A DNA stretch of 32,000 nucleotides from Ferroglobus placidus DSM 10642 (GTDB lineage Archaea > Halobacteriota > Archaeoglobi > Archaeoglobales > Archaeoglobaceae), in contig NC_013849.1 in assembly GCF_000025505.1 (NCBI RefSeq), forward strand, positions 1,050,001 to 1,082,000. The letters are read 5' to 3'. The notes beneath the pieces are model-generated. The model had not been told where the DNA came from. It did no database searches and saw only the letters and a list, made by a program, of their open reading frames with translations. The translations under genes were made by a program, and so were the position numbers. This document shows, in pieces, positions 7,801 through 14,918 of this stretch. The stretch's first letter is position 1, and each line of letters begins with the position of its first letter.

Positions 7801-7810
7801 CTATAAATAA
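7801..7810 (-). promoter_or_regulatory. TATA-box-like element of the paaK transcription unit
   Basis: The minus strand reads TTATTTATAG within the 106-nt intergenic gap, about 45-55 nt upstream of the start codon. Confidence 0.45.
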
Positions 7811-7862
7811 CTTACTGTGTATGTTGTAAAATATCTGACCGTTTAGGTTAAATGCTGTAAAC

Positions 7863-8816
7863 TCACTTGAGGATTTTGAAGAGACCCCACCTGAACACCA
7901 CATTATCCGGCAGATTCCTCAGCCTCTCTCTTGCCATTAAAACTTTTTCCTCCAAAGTACCTTCTTTCGGAAAAAGTCCGTTTGCCATCGCTGGGATGGA
8001 GTAAAAGTCCATGACCGCTTCCTTCGTAAATACGTAATCTGCGTAGCTTATCTCAGCGTTAAGCTCCAATAGAAGTTTTTCCAGTTTGTCTTTTCCGTAA
8101 GGAACTCTGTGCTTCAAACCGAGTTTGGCTAAAGCATCCTCTCCATAACTGAAAAATCCGACGAGGTACGAGCCGGAAACAACTCCTTCTTTCTTCGTGA
8201 CTCTCAAAGCTTCATCTAAAGCTTTTTCAGCGTCGGGCAGAAGGAATATCGTTGCGTTGAAGACTGTTGAGTCGAAGCTTTCGCTTTTAAATGGAAGGTT
8301 TGCCGCATCTCCCACAACGACGTCTCTAATTATTTCCCTCGCCTTTTTCACCATGCTCTTAGCCACATCCAGTCCAACCACATCTCTCCAAATTTTTCCG
8401 AAAACTCCGGTTCCGCATCCAACGTCCAAGCACCTACCTTTAATTTTAGAGAACTCTGCAAGGTCTTTAGCAAGTTTCTCAAAAAATCCGTACTTCCTCT
8501 CGAAATCGTCGTAATTCGAAACGCTCAAATCGAAATTCTTTCCTATGACCGCTTTAACATTCCCGCCAGCTATAGAAGGGAGAAAAATTACTTCGTCTCT
8601 GTCGGAAAATTTCAGATTCTTTATCTCGTCTCTTTTAACCATTTTTCCGTTAACGGAAACCATGTAAAAGTCTATAGCTTTGAACTCCTCCTTAGCTTGA
8701 GGAAACTTCTCCTCAAGAATTTTTATTAGTTCGTCGAAAGCAACTTCTCTTCCAACTTCTATCTCAATTTCTTTTCCTACTTTCATTCCCAGCTCGCCGA
8801 AAAATTTGATCCTCAT
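7863..8816 (-). CDS. MoaD/ThiS-like beta-grasp domain (ending ...PSIAGG) fused to a class I SAM-dependent methyltransferase
   Basis: MRIKFFGELG...DEVIFLPSIAGG is a canonical MoaD-like sequence (8816-8562). It continues without a stop into LDVGCGTGVFG...LDVA...GDAANLPF, which are SAM motif I and post-I. ATG 8816 overlaps the upstream TGA as ATGA; the ORF track start at 8834 is less likely. Confidence 0.8.
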   Translation of the reverse strand: MRIKFFGELGMKVGKEIEIEVGREVAFDELIKILEEKFPQAKEEFKAIDFYMVSVNGKMVKRDEIKNLKFSDRDEVIFLPSIAGGNVKAVIGKNFDLSVSNYDDFERKYGFFEKLAKDLAEFSKIKGRCLDVGCGTGVFGKIWRDVVGLDVAKSMVKKAREIIRDVVVGDAANLPFKSESFDSTVFNATIFLLPDAEKALDEALRVTKKEGVVSGSYLVGFFSYGEDALAKLGLKHRVPYGKDKLEKLLLELNAEISYADYVFTKEAVMDFYSIPAMANGLFPKEGTLEEKVLMARERLRNLPDNVVFRWGLFKILK

Positions 8817-10060
8817 AACCCCACTCTCTTCCACTCGTAAAAAATCGTTTTCTGGTCGAAGTACCTGAAAGGTCTCCTGAGAAACTCTTCCTTGTTTTCC
8901 ACGGGAATACCTTTAGCTATCATGAACTGAATCAATCCGGAAAGTTTCAAATCCAAGAACGAGCCCGCTGACTGAAATCCCACGAGCCTTTTTCCGTCGA
9001 AGTAGGCAACTCTAACGAAATCTTCCCTCTTTAGAACGTGTTTTTCGTACTCTTCCGCTGCAGCTCCTATGGAGATCATTGGTGTCCTGATTTTCTTTAT
9101 CGTGCTGACTCTAATTCCCCCTCTATGCCTGACGTCCCTCCCAGCCATGTTCATTCCAGCAATTCTGCCTTGAGAAACAGCGTTAATCCAAGAACCTATG
9201 ACGCTGAACTTTCCGAAAACATCCTGAGCTTCAGCAACATCTCCAGCGGCAAAAACTCCCTCTCTTGAGGTCTCCATTCTTCTATCAACCACGATGCCAA
9301 TATTCGTTTTCACAAACTTTGAAAACTTCTCGGTGTTGGGTCTAACGCCAGTAGACAGAACAACAACATCAACCGGAAAATCTTCCCAGCCGCTCGTCGA
9401 AACCCCTTTAACTCTTTTTTCCCCGTAAAACTGCTCCACCCTTTCGGCGGTGTAAATTTTTATTCCCATCTCCTCGTACTCCTTCTTAACGAATTCGGCA
9501 ACTTCGAAATCAGCCACTCCCGGAAGAATTCTCTCCATAAGCTCAAAAACCGCCACTTCCAACCCCATTTCTTTTAAGCTCTGAGCAACTTCCAATCCGA
9601 TTGGACCGGCTCCAACAACGACAGCGTTTTTACAATTCTCTCTTCTGATGTAAGAAAGCAAATCATCCGCATCTTTCAAAGTCCAGAAAGTGAAAACTCC
9701 CTCAAGCTCAACTCCTCTTATCGGCGGTACGAAAGGCTTTGAGCCGGTGGCTATCAAAAGTTTGTCGTAATTCAAAAACCTCTCTTCCCCGCTTTCGAGA
9801 TCTCTGTAAACTACCTCTCTTTCCTCAACTTTTTCAACGAAGCCCAGCAAGAAATCAACTCTATTTTTCTTAAAAAATTCCTCCGATTTTATCTTTAAAT
9901 TCTCCAACCTCGCCTCTCCAGCCAAGTATTCTGCCAAATACACTCTCGTATACGGTTTCTCCGAAGAAATTACGGTTATCTTCCCCTCCTTATCAACACT
10001 CCTAATTCCCTCCACAGCAGACAATCCCGCTGCGCTTCCCCCGACGATGAGGTAGTCCAT
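8813..10060 (-). CDS. FAD/NAD(P)-dependent pyridine-nucleotide oxidoreductase (ferredoxin-reductase-like; AorC-like)
   Basis: There are two Rossmann dinucleotide motifs, LIVGGSAAG and AVVVGAGPIGLE, plus the GD motif AAGDVA. No redox-active Cys pair is seen. ATG 10060 is preferred over TTG 10072. Confidence 0.85.
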   Translation of the reverse strand: MDYLIVGGSAAGLSAVEGIRSVDKEGKITVISSEKPYTRVYLAEYLAGEARLENLKIKSEEFFKKNRVDFLLGFVEKVEEREVVYRDLESGEERFLNYDKLLIATGSKPFVPPIRGVELEGVFTFWTLKDADDLLSYIRRENCKNAVVVGAGPIGLEVAQSLKEMGLEVAVFELMERILPGVADFEVAEFVKKEYEEMGIKIYTAERVEQFYGEKRVKGVSTSGWEDFPVDVVVLSTGVRPNTEKFSKFVKTNIGIVVDRRMETSREGVFAAGDVAEAQDVFGKFSVIGSWINAVSQGRIAGMNMAGRDVRHRGGIRVSTIKKIRTPMISIGAAAEEYEKHVLKREDFVRVAYFDGKRLVGFQSAGSFLDLKLSGLIQFMIAKGIPVENKEEFLRRPFRYFDQKTIFYEWKRVGL

Positions 10061-10083
10061 GAGGAACACCAAAAAACGAAAAA

Positions 10084-10563
10084 TTATCTTTTCACTTGCC
10101 TTACCGCTTCGAGGTACCTCTCTATCGACTTCTTCTTTATTTTCTGATCAGCCTCTCTTACGTCAACCCAGTCTATCGCCTTCGTCTTGCAGAACTTAAC
10201 GCACATGGGATCGCCGTTGCAGAGGTCGCACTTTATCGTCTTTCCCGTCACCGGATCTACCAATGCTCCTCCTATCGGACAAGCCAGAACGCAGCTCCTG
10301 CACCCCATGCACTTGTCGTAGTCTATTATCTTAGCCCCAGTCTTCGGATCTTCGTAGATTGCCGAAACCGGACAGACCGCCATGCATACCGGATCTTCGC
10401 ACTGCACGCAAACCGTGGGTAGCTCCAAAGCATTTAACGGATCTCTGATAACCACGATTCTCGATCTGTAGGGGTTAATGACTCCTTCATGGCTCAAAGA
10501 GCAAACGAGTTCGCAGTCCCTACAGCCGGTACACTTGTCCGGGTCTATAACGAACATCTTCAT
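10084..10563 (-). CDS. 4x[4Fe-4S] ferredoxin-like electron-transfer subunit (AorA/DmsB-like)
   Basis: There are four Cys clusters: CTGCRDCELVC, CVQCEDPVCMAVCP, CMGCRSCVLACP and CDLCNGDPMCVKFC. The ATG directly abuts the AOR stop (TGAATG). Confidence 0.9.
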   Translation of the reverse strand: MKMFVIDPDKCTGCRDCELVCSLSHEGVINPYRSRIVVIRDPLNALELPTVCVQCEDPVCMAVCPVSAIYEDPKTGAKIIDYDKCMGCRSCVLACPIGGALVDPVTGKTIKCDLCNGDPMCVKFCKTKAIDWVDVREADQKIKKKSIERYLEAVRQVKR

Positions 10564-12459
10564 TCACTCCACCTCCGGGAAGTTGGGCTTCGGCTTCTCA
10601 ATCCCAAGCCTCTTCAGCGTTTCCTCCTTTGGAACTCCGTTTTCGTCCCAGCCGTGCTGTTTGTAGTATTCCTGAAGCATCATCTCGTACTTATCTCTGT
10701 CGAGCTTCCTTCCCCTCATGAACGGCAAACCTCTCGGAGCTGGCTCTTTGAAGTACCTCTCGTAGGGATAGTCGTCCTTCTTGCTCATTCCGTTCATGAG
10801 GTTGAACAGTCTCTCCATCGTGTAGTTCCTCTCACCGATCGTTATGAGGTCCTCCTTCGTGAACTCCAAGCCTGTGGCGTAGTAGATTATCTTCACGTAC
10901 TCGTCGTAGGAAGGAGCGTGAGGAGCGTTGAAAACCGAGTGGAACTTGCATATTCCAAGGCTGTCAACAACGTTGAAGTAAACTTCGTACCACCAAACCA
11001 AGATTCCTTTTGTTTCGTAGGCTGTGAAGTCGTTTTCGATTTCGTAGCCAATAAGCTTCTTCAGAAAGTCCTTAGGAAGCTGGAAGAGGTCTATAGCCGG
11101 TCTGCTTCTTAAGTGATCAGCCCCCCTCGTCGAGGTGGCTATTCCCAGAGCGAAGCTCGGAATTCCTCTTTCATCGGTATGCAGGTTAGGCTGACCCTTC
11201 ACGTGGTTGAGGTAGTAAGCCGTCTCTTCTCCGAGAGCTTTTATAGCTTCTTTAGGACCTCTCGCCAAAATGTCGCCAATGCCTTCTCTGTTGACGATCA
11301 TTTCTGCAAGCCTCAAAACAGCATCTCTGTCACCCCATTCGAGTTTAAATCCTACATCTTCTTCAGTCAAATAGCCACGCTGATACAGCTCGAAAGCCCA
11401 AGCCATCATGGCTCCGAGGGACAGGTTATCGATTCCCCACTTGTTGCACAGCTCATTCCCCTTTATCACGAACTCCCAGTCGTAAACTCCTACAAGCGTA
11501 CCAAAAGTTCCCATCATCGTGTATTCCGGACCTTCGTTTACTAAACCAGCGTACTTCCCTTTCTCTATCTTCACTCTGTGCCTGCAGTGAACCGAGCAAC
11601 CTATGCATGCCGTATGCTTGACGTTGTACTCAAGCAGGTTTTCCGCTTCCAAAGGCTTGCCCTCCTCTCCCGGAGTGTTGAACTGCCAGTTTAGAGTGCC
11701 TATAAAGCCCGTTGTGTATGAGACGTCGTAAAGTAGAGGAGTGCCGAGCTTGCTCAGCGTTTTAGCCCACTTCGTGCTTAGAATTTGCTTGTTAAGCTCC
11801 ATGCAGTACTCTACGAATTTGTCGACGTCGTAAACCTCCAAGTCCATTCCACCGCTCGCAGCTATAGCCTTCAGATTCTTGCTCCCCATTACAGCTCCAG
11901 TTCCTCCTCTACCTCCGGCATTCTTCACGTTGTTCATCACGTTAGCGAAAGCGACCATGTTCTCTCCAGCCTTCCCTATTACCATGCATTCCGCTCTGTC
12001 GTCGCCGAGCTCTTCTTTAATCTCCCTCTGAGTTTCGTAGGTGTCAAGCCCCCAGAGGTGGGATGCATCTCTAATCTCCACTTCACCGTCCCTAACGTAC
12101 AAGTAAACGGGCTTTTCAGCTCTACCTCTGATTATTATGTGATCGATTCCCGCAAACCTTAACTCAGCTCCGAAAGCCCCACCCATGTTTGCATCTCCAA
12201 CTCCGCCGGTTAGAGGGCTTTTTGCCGCTATGTGGGTTCTCGAAGCTCCTAAAGCCGGCATTCCACAGAGCAAACCTACGCCAACGGCTAAGATGTTCTC
12301 AGGATCGAAGGGTTTCACTTCCGGAGGAACGTTGTTGTAAATGTAATACCAGTTCAGCCCCCTCCCACCGAGGTGCTTCTTCCTAAGCTCCCTCGGAATG
12401 TCCCGAATTACTACCTTCTCCTTGCTCAAATCTACGAAAGCAACCTTTCTGCTCAGCAT
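10564..12459 (-). CDS. aor: tungsten/molybdenum-pterin aldehyde:ferredoxin oxidoreductase family protein
   Basis: A 631-aa protein. The N-terminal block is VDLSKEKVVIRDIPRELRKKHLGGRGL. The cluster ligand region is CIGCSVHCRH, and STRGADHLRS is the pterin-binding block. Confidence 0.9.
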   Translation of the reverse strand: MLSRKVAFVDLSKEKVVIRDIPRELRKKHLGGRGLNWYYIYNNVPPEVKPFDPENILAVGVGLLCGMPALGASRTHIAAKSPLTGGVGDANMGGAFGAELRFAGIDHIIIRGRAEKPVYLYVRDGEVEIRDASHLWGLDTYETQREIKEELGDDRAECMVIGKAGENMVAFANVMNNVKNAGGRGGTGAVMGSKNLKAIAASGGMDLEVYDVDKFVEYCMELNKQILSTKWAKTLSKLGTPLLYDVSYTTGFIGTLNWQFNTPGEEGKPLEAENLLEYNVKHTACIGCSVHCRHRVKIEKGKYAGLVNEGPEYTMMGTFGTLVGVYDWEFVIKGNELCNKWGIDNLSLGAMMAWAFELYQRGYLTEEDVGFKLEWGDRDAVLRLAEMIVNREGIGDILARGPKEAIKALGEETAYYLNHVKGQPNLHTDERGIPSFALGIATSTRGADHLRSRPAIDLFQLPKDFLKKLIGYEIENDFTAYETKGILVWWYEVYFNVVDSLGICKFHSVFNAPHAPSYDEYVKIIYYATGLEFTKEDLITIGERNYTMERLFNLMNGMSKKDDYPYERYFKEPAPRGLPFMRGRKLDRDKYEMMLQEYYKQHGWDENGVPKEETLKRLGIEKPKPNFPEVE

Positions 12460-12467
12460 TCTCTCAC

Positions 12468-12608
12468 CTACGCCGGACCTTGAACTTTGGGCTGATCCTC
12501 ATCAACCCAAGAAATTCTCCACTTAGCTCCGCAGTGGGGACATTCAGCAACCTCAGCTCCCTTCGGGACCTCAAACCTCTGCCTACAATTCAAACATCGA
12601 GCTTGCAT
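12468..12608 (-). CDS. 46-aa zinc-ribbon protein (not in the ORF track because it is under 60 aa)
   Basis: The sequence is MQARCLNCRQRFEVPKGAEVAECPHCGAKWRISWVDEDQPKVQGPA, with CxxC-x14-CxxC. GGGGTGAT lies 4 nt before the ATG. The ORF sits 4 nt after the SDR stop and ends 8 nt before the AOR start. Confidence 0.6.
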   Translation of the reverse strand: MQARCLNCRQRFEVPKGAEVAECPHCGAKWRISWVDEDQPKVQGPA

Positions 12609-12612
12609 TCCA

Positions 12613-13365
12613 TCACCCCACTGTGGTGTAACCTCCGCTAACGCTCAAAACCTGCCCGGTGATAAAGTCGGATTTGTCTGAAGCGAAGAAGAGAACGGCG
12701 TTAGCCACATCCTCCGGCAAACCGAGCCTTCCTCTCGGATAAGCTTTTACGAGCTTTTCCTCCCCTCCAACGCTCTTCAAAAATTCTTCAACTCCCGGCG
12801 TTTTGGTTATTCCCGGAGAGACACAATTAACCGTTATGTTGTACCTCGCAACCTCCTTAGCCAGAGCTTTGCTAAAAGCGATTATAGCTCCCTTAGCTCC
12901 GGAGTAAACCGCTAAGAACGGCTCGCCAATTCTTCCAGCGTCGCTCACTATGTTTATTATCCTCCCGTACTTCTTCTCAATCATGTCCTTTATCACAGCA
13001 TGAGTGCAGTGAAGAACTCCGTAGAAGCATATTTTTATGTCCTTCTCCCAGTCTTCGGGCGTGGTGTCTTTGAAGAGCTTAGTAGTCCAGTAACCGGCGT
13101 TGTTGACGAGAATGTCCACAGTTCCGTAAACTTTCTTTATTTCCTCCACCATCCTCTTAACGTCCTCGTAATTCGTAACATCCGCTCTTATTCCGTAAGC
13201 CTCACCTCCGGATGCTTTTATTTCCTCGGCAGCCTTCTTCGCTCCTTCCTCGCTTATGTCGTTGATTACAACTTTAGCCCCCTCCTTAGCGAAAGCCTCA
13301 GCTATAGCTCTGCCTATACCTCTGGCAGCTCCGGTTACGAGCACAACCTTGCCCTCGAACTCCAT
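12613..13365 (-). CDS. short-chain dehydrogenase/reductase (FabG/BadH-like)
   Basis: TGAARGIGRA, NNAG and the catalytic YSGAKGA (YxxxK) are present. SDAGRIGEP resembles BadH-type acyl-CoA alcohol dehydrogenases. Confidence 0.9.
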   Translation of the reverse strand: MEFEGKVVLVTGAARGIGRAIAEAFAKEGAKVVINDISEEGAKKAAEEIKASGGEAYGIRADVTNYEDVKRMVEEIKKVYGTVDILVNNAGYWTTKLFKDTTPEDWEKDIKICFYGVLHCTHAVIKDMIEKKYGRIINIVSDAGRIGEPFLAVYSGAKGAIIAFSKALAKEVARYNITVNCVSPGITKTPGVEEFLKSVGGEEKLVKAYPRGRLGLPEDVANAVLFFASDKSDFITGQVLSVSGGYTTVG

Positions 13366-13379
13366 AGCATCACCTAACG

Positions 13380-13390
13380 TTACATTGTAA
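13380..13390 (-). promoter_or_regulatory. TTACA-N-TGTAA palindrome (candidate operator) in the SDR/AOR operon promoter
   Basis: This is the same 11-mer as 7787-7797. It lies between TATA-like TTTAAATA (13404-13397) and the SD/ATG (13365). Confidence 0.5.
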
Positions 13391-13396
13391 AATAAC

Positions 13397-13404
13397 TATT
13401 TAAA
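13397..13404 (-). promoter_or_regulatory. TATA-box-like element of the SDR/AOR operon
   Basis: The minus strand reads TTTAAATA about 35 nt upstream of ATG 13365, in a divergent intergenic region. Confidence 0.45.
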
Positions 13405-13471
13405 ATTAACTCAACAAAGTAAAGTTAAGTCGAACCGAGGGTTTTTAAAACGGAAAGCTTATCTCCGTTTA

Positions 13472-14356
13472 ATGAAGGGTGAGCTTAAAGGGGGTTACGT
13501 GGAGTTGAATTTCTCCCAGAGATTGTATTCGAGAAATTTCGGGAGAAGAGAAAACTCCAAACTCATGCTAACTTTGGAGGAGTCTTCATACTTGATGTCA
13601 AAGGGAACGCTTGAAGTTTACGAAAAGGGAAGAAAAGTCGAGCTTCCCGAGCTTTTAAAGAGAGCGAAACTGACAGAATACTTCGTTTTCGAAAGACTGA
13701 GAGAAAGTGGGAAGAAAGTGAGATTCGGGGAGTTCGACGATTACGTGCCAGTTTCCGAAAGAGAGGTTTTGAGTTTCGAAGATCTGGAAAAGTTTGCCGA
13801 AAAGAGGCTTGCTGTTGTTGATGAGGAGAGCGACGTAACTTTTTACAGAATTTCGAGGTTCGACGATTTTGGGAGACATGAAGAAAAGCTGAGGGAAGTT
13901 AGAGGGTTTCTCTGCGGGGAGAGGGTGATAGTTGAAGACGTCGAAATCTTCAGAAAGTACTTTTACGGAACGGAAAAAAGCGGTTACGTGGCTTTGTCTC
14001 TCGTAGAATCGCTTTACCTCCTCGAAAAGGGTTTCTTGATCATGGACGAAGAGGAGGCTGAAGAGCTTAGATCTGCTGTTGACGAAAACCTCTACGAAGT
14101 TTACAGAGACTTGAGGGAGAGAAGGTTCATGGTAAAAACCGGATTTAAGTTCGGAAGCGACTTCAGGGTTTACGAGGCTGTTAGGAGCGTAAAAGAGCTT
14201 ACCCACTCAAAGTACCTCGTGAAGTTGAGAGAAGAGGTGAGCATGAGAGAATTAGCCGGCGACACAAGACTTGCTCAAAGCGTGAGAAAGAAGATGATTT
14301 ACGCTAAAGTCAACGGAAAGCCGAGGTATCTAATCGTGGAGAGGGTGAGAATTTAA
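13472..14356 (+). CDS. endA: tRNA-splicing endonuclease, two-repeat (homodimeric) type
   Basis: The 294-aa length is the duplicated architecture. The C-terminal catalytic repeat carries GFKFGSDFRVYE and HSKYLV. The N-terminal repeat is degenerate. Confidence 0.85.
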   Translation: MKGELKGGYVELNFSQRLYSRNFGRRENSKLMLTLEESSYLMSKGTLEVYEKGRKVELPELLKRAKLTEYFVFERLRESGKKVRFGEFDDYVPVSEREVLSFEDLEKFAEKRLAVVDEESDVTFYRISRFDDFGRHEEKLREVRGFLCGERVIVEDVEIFRKYFYGTEKSGYVALSLVESLYLLEKGFLIMDEEEAEELRSAVDENLYEVYRDLRERRFMVKTGFKFGSDFRVYEAVRSVKELTHSKYLVKLREEVSMRELAGDTRLAQSVRKKMIYAKVNGKPRYLIVERVRI

Positions 14357-14918
14357 TTTCGAATTCCCTCCACTTATCAGCCGTTAATACTATCGGAAAA
14401 TTGAACCTCCTTTTTAGAACGATCCATTTCCCTTTAAGTTCAACCTCCGAAAAATCTTCCCATTCATTCAGAATTGACCTTCCGTCAACTATTCCCTCTT
14501 TACAAATTACTATTCTCGTGTTCGCTGATGCTGGAAGTAAGCAGAAAAGTAAAAGCAAATTCAGTATCAATATGAAATAAATCGAACTTTGAACCAAAAA
14601 GAAGATCGATAATAAGGAAAGGGACAAAACCGAGAGAAGATAAGTTCTCGAACACAAAAGGAGAGCCTTAAAAACTTCTCGAAATTTCATTTCAACTTCC
14701 GCTACTTTTTCAATTTCAACTTTTTTCACATTTTTCGCCAGAAAAACCAGAGGAATTCTTAAGGCAACGTAAATGGAAATAAAAAAGAGAGCAAATGCGA
14801 TAAGCGGGAATTCGAAGATTTGGATTAGAAAAGCCGTAAAAATGAGAACGGAAAAGAAAATAGCCACCAAAGCTGAACTCTTCTTCGAACGTCTGTAAAC
14901 TAAAGCGTACGAGTTCAC
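14310..14918 (-). CDS. membrane protein (about 4 TM) with a small C-terminal soluble domain, third gene of the ABC operon
   Basis: The GTG start overlaps the permease stop as GTGA. The N-terminal two-thirds are hydrophobic and the C-terminal roughly 60 aa are soluble. The 3' end overlaps the endA 3' end by 47 nt. Confidence 0.6.
   Translation of the reverse strand: MNSYALVYRRSKKSSALVAIFFSVLIFTAFLIQIFEFPLIAFALFFISIYVALRIPLVFLAKNVKKVEIEKVAEVEMKFREVFKALLLCSRTYLLSVLSLSLLSIFFLVQSSIYFILILNLLLLFCLLPASANTRIVICKEGIVDGRSILNEWEDFSEVELKGKWIVLKRRFNFPIVLTADKWREFEIKFSPSPRLDTSAFR

Noticed and set aside
6992-7810. A 272-aa plus-strand ORF opposite the paaK-like gene.
   Set aside because: It is entirely antisense to a gene with strong family motifs. 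Its sequence is Ser/Leu/Arg/Val-rich and low-complexity, typical of a shadow ORF, with no SD or promoter.
10489-11544. Two long plus-strand ORFs (207 aa and 143 aa) opposite the AOR gene.
   Set aside because: They are antisense shadows of a well-supported 631-aa CDS, with no motifs and an implausible composition.
13448-13470. An inverted repeat AAACGGA-n9-TCCGTTT directly before the endA start codon.
   Set aside because: It overlaps the TATA-like TTTTAAAA and the probable leaderless start. It is a single occurrence with no second copy in the window, so there is not enough evidence to call it a binding site.
13655-14206. A 183-aa minus-strand ORF inside endA.
   Set aside because: It is the antisense frame of a GAA/GAG/AAG-rich gene, which naturally lacks stops. 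It has no start context and no recognisable domain.
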